A stretch of DNA of 64,000 nt from Psilocybe cubensis (taxonomy: Eukaryota): assembly GCA_017499595.2 (NCBI GenBank), contig CM039008.1, forward strand, positions 372,001 through 436,000, read 5' to 3'. This document shows positions 1 through 12,049 of the stretch, piece by piece; within the stretch, counting starts at the first letter, position 1, and every line of letters begins with the position of its first letter. The position numbers and the translations under genes were made by a program. Below the pieces are notes generated by a model. It searched no databases. It was not told where the DNA came from and saw nothing but the letters and a program-made list of their open reading frames with translations.

Positions 1-2389
1 AATCCCATCCCTTCCAATTGAGCCATGGCAGCTTCATTGAATTGGGGTAAGGCCGGAGCAGCTACCAGTTTGGAAACAAAAGCAATTTTACTAAATAATG
101 AATTACGATCGAATATCCGAACGGCGTACCTGCAGCATCATTGGGCAACTCAGTCTCCGATTCCTTCAGGCCAGTTCCTATGTGTCGTTCAGAGAATGTG
201 AGGGTATCCTCCTCGGGAAGAATGACAGGAATATCTAAAATGTAAGAGGATCAGGGAATAGCAAAATTGATAATTAGGAATCATTTGGCTTACCAAGTTT
301 GGCTGGAACCCAGTTTACGAGCTGGAACTTCTTCGCATGCACAACAAGTACTTCAGGAAGAGATGCAAATTTCATCTGCCTAAACATACCGTAAGCAGTA
401 GAAAGGAAAAGAAATAAACACAATAACAAAACTGACTTGATAGCAATGACATTTGTAGAGCACGATGGACAGGCATAATCCAACGACTCGGTTCCAAGCA
501 AATGATCGAGGCAATCGGTCAACTTTACATCCTCGTACAAGATTTTGCCGTCTTCATTTTTGCCCTTCTCAGTGGCAGGGATGGAAACAGATACTACATC
601 CATGGCATCTGTTCTGTAGCGCACTTTCTTGCATGACATACACTGTAGACGCTGCTCAGTAGCATAGCTAAAGATAGTAGTAGGATCTGAACAGAGAAAA
701 TGATTAACATCAACGAAATGCTAGAAAAGGATCGTCTCACCTTGTTCACTGCGTTCCTTGTATTTCTGACCATCCCGTCGTAGAACAGTGATCAGATGGG
801 TGAAGAACTCCTCTGCATCCTGTTGCCGCATCGTCGCGAATTCCTCGTGTCCCTTCCCAATCAGAGCCTTGAAGTTTGTTGGTTTGATTCCTGTCTGGAA
901 AACGGGAGTAGGAGAAGGGTGTTGCAGGCTGTCTGCTGAGGCGTGAGCTGGATGCGAATAACGGCCACTTAGCAGTCCATCAGCGACTTTGTGCATCTGA
1001 CATTCGACACAATCCGCTGGAAGTGAGACTGGACATATCTCGGCGTGTGTAGATGCTTGATTTTGGTACCGTGTTTGAAATGAGGGGAGAGAGTAGACAG
1101 TTTGAAGGACCGAAGCCATGTAACAACTGTATTTATGACGTCAGCGCGCAAAAGTAAAGATTGCAGATAGCATCGTACCTGTTTCCGAGGTTGGCAAGCC
1201 CCGTCAATCCTGGCCCGAAAACTGGTTCCAAAGCCTTTCCATCATCTCCAGTTAAAGAAAAATCGTATTTGAGGTTTTGTTCGATTTGCTACTGAATGTC
1301 AAAGAGAGACTTGGATCAATTCATATTTTGGACGTACCAGCTCTGTCATGCTTTTCTCCGTCTTTTTGAGAGTCTGGACGTTAATTCCAAAGGATGCTAG
1401 ATGCGTCGCCAGGTCTGGATCCTCTTTCGCATCATTGCAAACATAGCAATAGATATCTAATGAGAGTGTCAGTAGAGACTAGATTTGAGGTTTTAAATTA
1501 CACACCAGCTCCTCCTTCCGGAGTAATTGTTCCCAGTTTCACGCTCACAGCATGCCCAGAAGCCTCGTAATGCGCCAATCCATGTCCATTACCGCCCAAT
1601 CCACCGAATTGTTGCCTCCCACATCCTAGAGAACCGCAGGTGAGGCAGAGCCACAGATTTTCTTTTAGATCGCAGGCGTTACAGTGGGCAAGTCCTTCAG
1701 CCGGTATATGGCCCGACACGAATTGCTCGATGGTAAGTGTGTGTTCGCAGGGCGTGATCTCTTCCTCCCATGCTTTCACTTCGGATTGGCGCGCAGAAGA
1801 AAGCGATTGCATCACTCCCTCCACCAGAGATTTTATCTAGGCTTATAAGAAAAAGGAAGCAGAATATTGTAGCCATACTCACCTTGGGATCTGATAGCGC
1901 CTCTGGGACGACGGCTCCATTTTGACTATCGCATGCCCAACACTTGACCTGTGTTATGTGCTCGTACTTGTCCTCTTCTCTTTCCTCGACGATCGCCAAC
2001 TTTGTCATTTTTGCGGGAGGCTCTTCATCATGTCCCTATAATCCCTTGATAAGAACGACTGATATGAACCCACATAATACGTACCCTTTGTGGCGATGGT
2101 ACCGATTTCAACTTTCTTCGCACATTCAAGGTGAATCGATGCGATGACCTAACCACATGAGTTCGTGCATGGTGCCTAGTTGGATCCAGGCAGCCTCCAT
2201 TAAAACACGACAGACACACATCGACGCCATCTGCGCCATCCTTGCCAAACGGTGAGCTCGAGCCTACAATATATGAAAAAAAAAATCTACCTGATTGTCA
2301 AAGCACTGAGTGCATTCCTCACGGTGAACGCTCTGGGACAGTCGAGGAGGTTGTAATGCCGCGATATCGCCGATATGACTGCAGGACAT
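1..2389 (-). CDS. UBP14: Ubiquitin C-terminal hydrolase 14 (USP5/isopeptidase T family); multi-exon, 3' end runs off the window start
   Basis: N-terminal MSCSHI...VHREECTQCFD; zf-UBP 'CNACDLKENLWLCLTCGSLGCGRQQFGGLGGNGHGLAHY'; Cys box GLTGLANLGN/SCYMASVLQ split by an intron; 'MRQQDAEEF'; start of a UBA region near position 1-60. Confidence 0.93.
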
Positions 2390-2964
2390 GGTCGTCGTCG
2401 TCGTATTTGGCGACGTCGAACGCACTTTGTCGACAGCTGTAAGCGATGAGTCACATGATCGTTTGACGGACCGCTGGACCGGGGTCATTTACGGCGGTCC
2501 GCCAAATTCCAACCAAATTCCAACCAAACTCCAAAAGTTGTTTAAAAGTTTGGTATCAATTGGGTGCAGGTAGTTAATTTCTACACATATTAGACCTGGG
2601 GAGTGTGAGGAATGACTGAGAGTTTTGCCGCACTTGTAGTTTGAAATTTAATCAAAATATAATCAATTGAACATCAACAGCGAACTAGTACATAATACAA
2701 AAATCCTATATCCTACTAACTATCCAAACCTCAAATAACTGCTTGAGGTCTCGTTAAAGAGCATTAATTGTTTCTCTGACTGCTACCCCGTTTTATATAA
2801 ATAATACATAAATAACGACTGACCATGTAGGTGTCCCTCGTCATGATCTTTGACCTTGTTTGAATCACCCTAGTCGCCGAGTTTGTTTGAGAGGAAGAGT
2901 TGAATCGACTGGGAAAGACACCGAGAAATGTTCAGAACAGATGTTCTTGTCCAGCACGCAGTGA

Positions 2965-3645
2965 TTACCACCACTCAATTGTCGGAACTGTATTCCCACG
3001 ACTGACGAAGGCGTCGTACATGAAATTTTCAAGGTACTCCTGATCAAAAAAGCCTGGTGGAAGATATACATTGTCTAGACCATCCAAAGCGCTCAGGATG
3101 ATTATGATTTCGTCGAAAATCATAATCTGATGCTTCAAGAAAGCATCACCATCCCATGGCGGTACCACGTAGACTTTACGTAGGTGGTTGCGCATAGCAT
3201 TTACAACCGGCAAAATGGTAGAATTTCGCTTGCCATTGAATACGAGAGAGTCCATCGGCAAAGTGAGGTGGCTGTAAGTTGGGGGACCGTGCAAGCTTTC
3301 GTTTTGAAAATAATACAGGGCTTGCTGTAAACGAGGGACGTTGTCGTCGTAAAGCCGGATTTGAGTGTGTTTAATTGAAGGATACGATGCGGCCTGGACG
3401 ATAGATGCGAGGGAATACGTCCAAAATGATGTTTGGGTTGTGATTACAATCATCTCTATGGGCGGTTGAAGCCCTTCCGTGCCTTTAATGAGAAGCCTAA
3501 CGGCTTCTGCGGCATCGCCGCCATCGGGATGTTCGCCGATCCAGACCGACAATGTCCGCAATTTGGCTACGGTCTCGTCTGGTGGAATTATCCATTGTAG
3601 GTTCCGAATCAAGGGACCATATGACATGGTTATGTTGTTGACCAT
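2965..3645 (-). CDS. Intronless hypothetical protein, 226 aa (paralog of 6991-7644)
   Basis: ATG-started open frame; shares ordered motifs with 6991-7644 (PPIEMIVI/PPLEVLII; IILSALDGLDNVYLP/AILKALKILDTLYLP). Confidence 0.65.
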   Translation of the reverse strand: MVNNITMSYGPLIRNLQWIIPPDETVAKLRTLSVWIGEHPDGGDAAEAVRLLIKGTEGLQPPIEMIVITTQTSFWTYSLASIVQAASYPSIKHTQIRLYDDNVPRLQQALYYFQNESLHGPPTYSHLTLPMDSLVFNGKRNSTILPVVNAMRNHLRKVYVVPPWDGDAFLKHQIMIFDEIIIILSALDGLDNVYLPPGFFDQEYLENFMYDAFVSRGNTVPTIEWW

Positions 3646-4365
3646 TTTTTGCGTTGACTGCAGTGTGGTGGGCGACTTTCTAGCTGTGGAACTTGGGGGT
3701 TTAACGAATTTTGTGGCATTATACTCCTCGCTGGACTTTTATACTTTTCAGCATCGCAAGTGAGTCAATATTGGCTCACAGAATCTGTGCCACAATTCCT
3801 AATTGGTTTGGGTATTAGTATATCTACTCACTGAGCGTCTCTTCGATTCAAATGGGGATGAGATATGCGTAGTACAGCTATTATAACGTAGCCTGGCCTG
3901 CCGGTCTATGTTTGTATGCCGCGAGGAAGCTGGGAAGCAATTCAAATCGGTCAGTATAGGTCCAGTAACTTGTCACAATGATTGGGTGTAACCGCACTGA
4001 ACAAAGAAACAAAAAGCAATTCGTCTCAATAAAGAATTTTAGAATTTCCGCGGACAATTCTGGGAGGCAGGCCGCAGGCGAACCCTCATATAATCGTGGC
4101 TTTTAATTGAAAACCCAGCAGCGATCGCCAGCCATTGCCTGGATTTGGAATTCTCCTTCTTAGAGAGCTAGCCATTGGACTGTGACGATGGGTAATAATG
4201 TGGATAACCAGGAACCATCTTTAGAACGTCCGAGATTAAAAATCCATTGTATGACCGAAAAAGAAAAAGTTCAGTGGAATGATGGTTTGTTACGGTGCAG
4301 GACTTGATGTTAGGTTGACAATGGAGGGTATGCCAAAAATAGGGACACTGAGGCTTCCAGAAATA

Positions 4366-5506
4366 TCATAGTTTTGGAAGCTTCGTCTGCACAGCCAAAG
4401 GAGCAAACTTGGCCTTCTCCTTCTTCGATGTGGCCAAGAGATTATCTCGGATATCCTAGAAGTGTACGAAATCAGGACAGATTCAATCCACAGATAGCAG
4501 AGAGTAAGTACATTGGTCATCAACGCGGCAGCATTCCATGCTCCTGTATATGCGAGATTCTCCGGAACACTACCAAGACTGTTACTAACGTAATGACCGA
4601 ACAACGTTGGAAACGTACCTGTGATCTCGTGAGTGGGTGATGAGATGTTTGGCACTTGAAACAGCGACGGGGCTTTTTCCAGCCACAAAGGTGGCCAACG
4701 CCAAAGCTTCCTTCACAACCTCATCCCTGCCTCCTTCAACAACGCGAGAAACCAGCCCCAGCTCTCGTGCCTCGTCCGATGAGAAGACTCGAGCGGTATA
4801 CGTGAGCTCGCGAACCAACGAATGGTTCCCTGTGATTTTTGGGAGAAAGGCGAGAGACCCGATGTCGGGGGCTAGTCCAATGTCGATTTCCTGGTTATTG
4901 TTCACCGCACATCAGGCCTCGAGACAGTCCAGCATAACAAACACCTACCTTGATAGAAAATTTGGTGTCCTTGGCCGCATACCGGATGTCACACACTCCA
5001 ATCAAGTCTACACCGAGGCCGATACAATGACCGTGAATTGCAGCAATTACAGGGAAAGGGGCACGTTCTGGAGCGCCAATGGCGGTTTGGAATGCGAGTA
5101 AATGTTTGCGGGTGGAGAGCGAGGCGCGAGCTGAGTCGAGTGAGGTGTCTGCGCCGGATGATCCTAGAGCAGAGGCATCGTGCACTGTACATCTCGTTGA
5201 GTAGAATTATTAATTCTGAAGTTGCTACGTGCTTACAGTCAAGACCAGCGGTGAAATACTTGGGAAAGGCGGATGTTATCACAGCGGCGCGGACATCATA
5301 CCCATCGGCCGTTAGTGTATCAAAGAGCTTTCCATACGCCACCCAAAATTCCGTACAGAATGCGTTTACCGGTGCTCTAAGCCCTTGGAAATTAGTGGAT
5401 GGGTCAAATATTTTTAGCAGTGACGCAAATACCTGGCCAATTCAATGAGAAGAACATGGGGGACAGGTTCAGACACTTTGATCCATTTCGAGGAATAGGA
5501 TGCCAT
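4366..5506 (-). CDS. ECH1: Delta3,5-Delta2,4-dienoyl-CoA isomerase (crotonase/enoyl-CoA hydratase family), probably peroxisomal
   Basis: Crotonase motifs 'FTAGLD', 'PVIAAIHGHCIGLGVDL', 'EIDIGLAPDIGSL', 'KSPVAV'; multi-exon; predicted C-terminus ...QTKLPKL* resembles a PTS1 signal. Confidence 0.85.
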
Positions 5507-6208
5507 AGCTTTGATTGTCGGTGCAACGCGGGCGCTTAATTAGAGATGATACTGGTAATTTTGTTGGTTAAACGTGAAGATATCGGCAGGCGGTTGGAGA
5601 GCAAGGAGAGGGAAGTTCGTTGGCGTTCATCTCCTCTTTCTATGCAGGTCGTTTTCCGGCAATTGGAGGAGTTCCGGGTATTCGGTGATTGCTTGCTCCG
5701 GAACCCGATGTTGGCACCAGGCAAACCACTGCCTACGACAAATTGCAATCAAAAGAAAAAGCAGATAAAAGTATACTTAGAAATAGATCCACAATAATAT
5801 ATGTTACAGCTGCGTTCATATCGATAGGCCTAAAATGAAAATATATACATACATGCAGACTTCGAACCTGTTGTAAGGGAGTCATTTCGGGTATGTTTTT
5901 AGTTTGAGCTGATTTTGAACAGTGGTACGATCTTCAACGATGCGTTGACATATTTCCCAAGTCGAGAAAGGAACGGCCCTAAAAATGTCATTGGAGTGCA
6001 ATCTGAATGACACAAAACCTGACACCATAGCATCACCCTATAATCGACTCTCAAAAAATCATAAAATTACATTATGGTGAACACCAGACAAGATCCCGAG
6101 TCTCTAACTGAATCCTCTGGTGATAGGAATGTCTTCCTAGATAGTCATTATCGGAAAGACATTTAGAAAAAACAAATGGCCAATTTGCTTGAAGTCACGC
6201 GTTGAGTA

Positions 6209-6340
6209 ATCCCACGCAGCGCGTCCGAAACTGTTACAAGAATTCCCAAATATGGTATTAGTGTTGGAATTGTGCGGATTTGGCCCAGGCCCAAGCCAAG
6301 CTGAAAGAATCCTAAATAACTCCGAACCTTTGTGGCATAC
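6209..6340 (+). repeat. Diverged direct repeat; uninterrupted copy of the sequence flanking the MITE at 7943-8289
   Basis: atcccacgcagcgcgtccga (6209-6228) matches 7917-7936 at 19/20; ccaaatatggtattagtgttggaat (6246-6270) is identical to 8308-8332. Confidence 0.8.
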
Positions 6341-6990
6341 AGCAAATCTTCCTGTAATACTGCATTACTCTGTGTTCCATACCAGGAATGCTTCTTGAGC
6401 GATACACATCGTCGGATGGCTTGTTACTAATACTAGTGCCATTTGTCCCTCCCTGGTACGCTTGGCAGATTATACCCCAGATTGGCTATGCGTTATATAT
6501 TGATAGGCCATTCGACTGACGTTAAAAAGGTTCTTCAATAGAGAAAATTATGTACGTTTCTAACTACCTTTTTACTCATTTGAATAATAATAGGCCCCGA
6601 TAATGGAACCTTTATTGTGCAGTATGAGAAGCCTGTGTATCTACAATGAATTCCATATTTAATATATCATCCGTCGCAGTTGAGAAATTTGGTACTCAGA
6701 TGCTCGGGACACTCTTACTTATTTTAGACTTTCTTGTAATCTTTCATTAAGTTCGAATCTTACACTGCGGTTCTGTGGGCTGCAAAACCATGAAATTTTC
6801 ACCGCCCAAGTATGCCTAGGAATACATTCGCATAATGGAACATGTTCAATTTACTCTATATAGTGTGCCATTTTCGATGCCAATACCATATAAGCAAGGA
6901 GATAGTCATTCAACTACCTAGCCATACCCTCCAGCATCTCACTTCAACTTCAACGAACACAAATTTCTTGACTGTCTCTCGAGACATATC

Positions 6991-7644
6991 ATGACGCCTT
7001 TCTCCCGGCAGCCAGTGAGAAGCCACACAATCAACCGCCACAAGCTCAAGAGATCATACCGGATGCTGATCATCGGGGACCCTGAACAGGAAGGTTTGAA
7101 GGAAATAGTTATGCTACATGTTAGGAAGACATGTACCTTTAATCCACCATTAGAGGTTTTAATTATCGCGTTGCTTGACAGCGTGTGGACGCCGGAGTTT
7201 TCATTAGAGTTGCAAAACAACGTCCCTCCAACCGTATATTGCGCAGAGATCAGACGCCTATCATCGAGTCACCTCGCCTGGGAAAAATCCGACATTTTCT
7301 TTTCCAGACAGCTTTTGCTTCGACAGCCGACCTTTACTCGAATGGCGATTTCAATGGACCATCTGCTTGGCAACCATCCGAGGCACGAAGCCACGCTTTG
7401 CGAAGTTATTGGGACGCAGAATCTGTCCCAGCTATTTGTGTACCCTCACTCCGACCACTCAGTTTTCTCTGAACATTGTTCAGAGTATGTGGACTCCTTA
7501 GTTGCTATCCTCAAAGCTTTGAAGATATTGGATACCCTTTACCTTCCGGCATTACCACTACAAGCCAGGAATGAAATTTACGCGGTGCTCGCTAAGAGAA
7601 CTGTCAGGCCTCGAGTTTATTTCAGTTTGATAGTACAGCGATAG
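6991..7644 (+). CDS. Intronless hypothetical protein, 217 aa (paralog of 2965-3645)
   Basis: ATG-started open frame; motif similarity to 2965-3645; TATA-like sequence ~100 bp upstream. Confidence 0.65.
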   Translation: MTPFSRQPVRSHTINRHKLKRSYRMLIIGDPEQEGLKEIVMLHVRKTCTFNPPLEVLIIALLDSVWTPEFSLELQNNVPPTVYCAEIRRLSSSHLAWEKSDIFFSRQLLLRQPTFTRMAISMDHLLGNHPRHEATLCEVIGTQNLSQLFVYPHSDHSVFSEHCSEYVDSLVAILKALKILDTLYLPALPLQARNEIYAVLAKRTVRPRVYFSLIVQR

Positions 7645-7942
7645 CATGCTCGATGGGGTGGCTTCCTATCTAGTGCTTGAACAAAGGCCAGGAATGATCG
7701 GCTAAGCTCTGTGCAAGAGTCCGCAACGGCGTAAAGTTATATCGATCAAACAGGCCTCCGAGATTGAGTTTTGAACAATGAGTCATTGAGGTCGTGTAGT
7801 TCTTTAGCTTGCTATAGCCTTTGTATTATGTCGTTCCGTTTAATGATCAATTTTTTGAAGTGCTAAACTTCGATTTTGTTGTTCGATTATCGAAAGGACG
7901 GTGTTGCGTGTTAACTATCCCACGCAACGCGTCCGACACAGA

Positions 7943-8289
7943 CACGCCGGACAAAAATGCTGACCAGTTAGCCTGGGTGTTGTCCTGACCAGTGACGTGA
8001 CTAGTACCGTGACCAATTACATAGTGTCACACATATGTTGTCACGCTAATTCATTATTAGTAGGCTCGACAATAAATGGCAAATTACTTGATTGTCTTGC
8101 GTTGTAATTCAGTGCGGAGTAAGAATAAATATTAAACAATCAAGTAATATGTCATTTACTATTGATCCTACTAATAATGAATTAGCGTGACAACATAATG
8201 TGTGACACCATGAAATTGGTCACGGTACTAGTCACGTCACTGGCCAGGACAACACCCAGGCTAACTGGTCAGCATTTTTGTCCGGCGTG
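7943..8289. mobile_element. Non-autonomous foldback element/MITE, 347 bp, possibly CMC/EnSpm(CACTA)-type
   Basis: ~150-bp near-perfect inverted arms beginning CACGCCGGACAAAAATGCTGACCAGTTAGCCTGGGTGTTGTCCTG and ending ...CATTTTTGTCCGGCGTG; ~40-bp spacer; 3-bp target duplication AGA (7940-7942 and 8290-8292); no coding capacity. Confidence 0.9.
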
Positions 8290-8624
8290 AGAACCATTGC
8301 GGAGCTTCCAAATATGGTATTAGTGTTGGAATGAGAGAATTTGGTGCATATGACAGCAGGTGCCACAGTCTTACAGTAACTCCAACGCTTACGATATACA
8401 CTGTTGCTACCTACACGGAACGGGTCGTAATTGATGATCTAACAAGTATGTTGAGCCACCTAGTCCAGAGATTATCACTTCATGACCCTACGTATGATCT
8501 TGTAATCTCTACATGTTCAACCGCATGGGTATTGTACTCATTGATAATTCATCATTACATATGTTCATGTAAGCAAGCGATTTCTCCCAAACTTCTTACC
8601 TGTGGTTCATTGAAAATGTTATTT

Positions 8625-10137
8625 TCAGGGTACATGATCTATTGCGTTATGCTCTTTCGCGTACTTCAGGGCCTCGAGTTTAGTCCTGTGCATCGCTTCC
8701 CTCAATGCCGTTCGCTCATCGTTCCACTCTGGCAATGCGTCATGAAGCTCCGGTCGGGCTTTAACAATGTCCTCTTTTAAGGATCTAGCGTATTCCTGTT
8801 CGCCGTGACCAAGGACATTGTACACCATAAGCGCAGATGGATTCTCAATCTGGTTCCTCCACTGGTCAATCGCAGCCATCCTTTCTCGTTCAAAGGCGAG
8901 GCGACCATCTACCGTGTCGGGATAAGAAGCTTCCCCTGTCCAGGCTAAAGTGAGCCAGGTGCTTGCGACATCAGCGATGGTGAACGGGGTGTACGACATC
9001 GGAGCACCAATAAAGGCCAAAGATGGGTTGTGGGCATAAAGGATCAGACGGTGGAGAGATGGAACTCTATGAGGTTTGGTGTCATGATTGGCGATTGGTG
9101 CGAGTGTTCCCTTTGATTCTTCTAAAACGTAGACGAAGCTGGGCATGATTTTATATCCCGTGCCGATATGTACGACGTCCAGATCAGTGATGACAGTGCC
9201 ATCTGATAGATGAGCGTCAGCTTTGCCGCCGTCCCCAGTGTCCTTCGCTGTATATTTAGATACGGGCGCTACCATTTTGATACGTTCGTCTGGGAGGCTC
9301 ACGAAGCCTGGAAAGGCAGGGCGACGGATACTTTGATATATTGGCTTATTGGCAACGGAAGCAAGCTGAGCGGCGATGTCGTTGGATGAGTTTGCATTCC
9401 CGACCACAAGAACTTTCTGTACCTTCGTAAACGCAGGTCAGAACAGAAGAACGCACTAACACGTACTTTATCGACATAGCTCTCCGGTCCCCTCCAAGAC
9501 TTCGCGTGTTTGGCGATGCCTCTGGCCTTAAGCTCTTCTAGACCATCGGTATCGGGCCATACAGGATTGTCGTACCACCCAACAGCAACAACGACAGCGT
9601 CCCATATCTCATCCTCCTCTTTGCCATTGTGATTCCAATTCCTCGTTACAACGTTCCAGCCCCTTTTGGATGGAAGCTCCTCAACGCGCACAACTTCGCG
9701 ATTCAACTTGATTACACCTTTCTCGATATAAGGCGTAGCGAAACCTTTGAGGTAGTTGTGTGTCTCTTTCAAAGTCGGGAATGGTTGATGTGGCGTTGTA
9801 GGAGATGCGGGAAAGGGATGTTCAGAGAAGCTCAGAAACTCCGGTAGAACATTGCCGATCATTCCTCTGTACGCTGGAGATGGCCAGCGAGGATTGTCCG
9901 AAACTGGAAACGTATCCGACCCTTCGTCAAGAAACCTTTTCCAACTTGTGAATAACATTACATCTCGCATCTCTCCTGCACTCACCAGACCCCACCGACA
10001 TCATCTCTCCTTTCGTAGAGCTCGACGTGGTTAAAGTTCCCTCGTTCCCGTATATTCCGAAGAGTGACAAGTCCAGATGGTCCGCCGCCAATGACGAGGA
10101 TACGCCGGGGAACAGGGAACGCAGACATGTCTGTCAT
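8625..10137 (-). CDS. Flavin-containing monooxygenase (FMO family), 3 exons
   Basis: FAD motif ILVIGGGPSG, 'ERRDDVGGVW', 'DAVVVAVGWYDNP', second dinucleotide motif VVGNANSSND, 'GTGY'. Confidence 0.9.
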
Positions 10138-10391
10138 TCACTGAGCTTGACATGCTCAGCAGTCAACCAGACATTGCCTTATTGCGTATTCCAGGCCAGA
10201 CTAATGGGTTGATCAGAAACGTGCCAGGTGGTGATAGGGAGGGGTTCCTGTGTCATTCGCACTTGAATGCAGATGGATATCAGAGGTAGTCGTCTTACGC
10301 CTTCTTTTACAATGAACACGAAGCAGAAGAAGACCAGTGAACTTTCGAGAAAATCTTGAAGAAATTAAGACCAACATCAACTAAACAGACA

Positions 10392-10830
10392 GTAGATTAC
10401 AATGCAATGTAATCCAATACAATAATTTTTTAGTCTTACAAATCCACCCAATTTTTGGGGCCCGGTTTACAATGTCAAGCAATAGTTTTATTAGGTTAGA
10501 AAGTGGTCATAATTATTCAATTGAAATTATTCAGTGTGAAATGCTACATTGTATCGTAACATAGGATACAATGCCCACTACAATGTACCATATGATGGGG
10601 GTTTAATGAATTCATTGAAACCCTGAATCTAGTACTTTCAAAAAGGTAACTACATTGTGGTGTATCTTCTCGATTCATTGAATGTCTAACATTATACAAA
10701 TATGTAGTATCTAATCATACCTTTGTTTGTTCACTAGTAAAATTGTTATGGGTAAGGATTTGAATGTTGCATTAAATAGGACTGGTATCGGAAACCTAAT
10801 TTTTGCTAGTATTCCGACATCACTGTACTC
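10392..10830 (+). repeat. Left terminal/subterminal inverted-repeat region of the KDZ element
   Basis: AT-rich with recurring TACAATG/CATTGTA; reverse complement of 10547-10573 matches 24991-25017 at 24/27; 10672-10682 matches 24879-24889 exactly. Confidence 0.75.
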
Positions 10831-10864
10831 GGATTGCATCCTGCGCTGGCATCAATAGAGGTAC

Positions 10865-11760
10865 GCGGCCTGCCGCGCGCGTCGCTTACAGGCTATGCGC
10901 ACCAATTGGAAACGCGCGCATTGGACAGTTTCCGACCCGCCGCTGCCGCGCGCGGCACTGCGCACCAATTGAAAACCTGCGCATCTGCTAGATTTCCGAC
11001 CCGCCGCTGCCGTGCGCGGCGCTTACACGCTATGCGCACCAATTGGAAACGCGCGCATCGGACAGTTTCCGACCCGCCGCTGCCGCGCGCGGCGCTTACA
11101 CGCTATGCGCACCAATTGGAAACGCGCGCATTGGACAGTTTCCGACCCGCCGCTGCCACACGCGGCGCTGCGCACCAATTGAAAACGTGCGCATCTGCTA
11201 GATTTCCGACCCGCCGCTGCCGTGCGCGGCGCTTACACGCTATGCGCACCAATTGGAAACGCGCGCATCGGACAGTTTCCGACCCGCCGCTGCCGCGCGC
11301 GGCGCTTACACGCTATGCGCACCAATTGGAAACGCGCGCATTGGACAGTTTCCGACCCGCCGCTGCCATGCGCGGCGCGGCGCACCAATTGAAAACGTGC
11401 GCATCTGCTAGATTTCCGACCGCGCGGCAGAGCTTACACGCTATGCGCACCAATTGGAAACGCGCGCATCGGAGAGTTTCCGACCCGCTGCTGCCGCGCG
11501 CGGCGCTTACACGCTATGCGCACCCATTGGAAACGCGCGCATCGGAGAGTTTCCGACCCGCCGCTGCCGCGTGCGGCGCTGCGCACCAATTGAAAACCTG
11601 CGCATCGGACAGTTACCGACCCGCCGCTGCCGCGCACGGCGCTTACAGGCTATGCGCACCCATTGGAAACGCGCGCATCGGAGAGTTTCCGACCCGCCGC
11701 TGCCGCGCGCGGCGCTTACACGCTGTGCGCACCACTTGGAAATGCGCGCATCGGACCCGC
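10865..11760 (+). repeat. GC/CpG-rich subterminal tandem array; 73-bp and 64-bp monomers forming a 210-bp higher-order unit
   Basis: Monomer gcttacacgctatgcgcaccaattggaaacgcgcgcatcggacagtttccgacccgccgctgccgcgcgcggc; unit starts at 11021, 11094, 11167 (short variant) and 11231; about 12-13 monomers. Confidence 0.95.
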
Positions 11761-12049
11761 TATCACATTCAACTTGTATTTAGTTCATTGTACTTCTAAA
11801 TTATGTGATCTGTTCATTCTTATTTCACTTGATTTCATAGCATACATAGAAGACAAATGATATAATTTGATCATACAGACACAGTATGCTACTACTCAAA
11901 CTTGAACATGTTAACATCTAAAAATTTATCAAAGTATGCAGGAGTGAATACCAAACCACTCTGTTCCAGTTCCGACACAGCTAGCAACGGGGTAGTTTCA
12001 ACATGTACATCGTTATGAATTCTAAGAATTTGTTGAGGATATAACAAAG

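Noticed and set aside
10370-10391. Target-site duplication for the KDZ element
   Set aside because: No direct repeat immediately flanks both termini; atcaactaa/atcaaactaa is offset and imperfect
10834-11799. 321-aa repetitive ORF, or a CRISPR-like array
   Set aside because: The frame stays open because the GC-rich 210-bp unit is a multiple of three; monomers are near-identical with no unique spacers, and the host is eukaryotic
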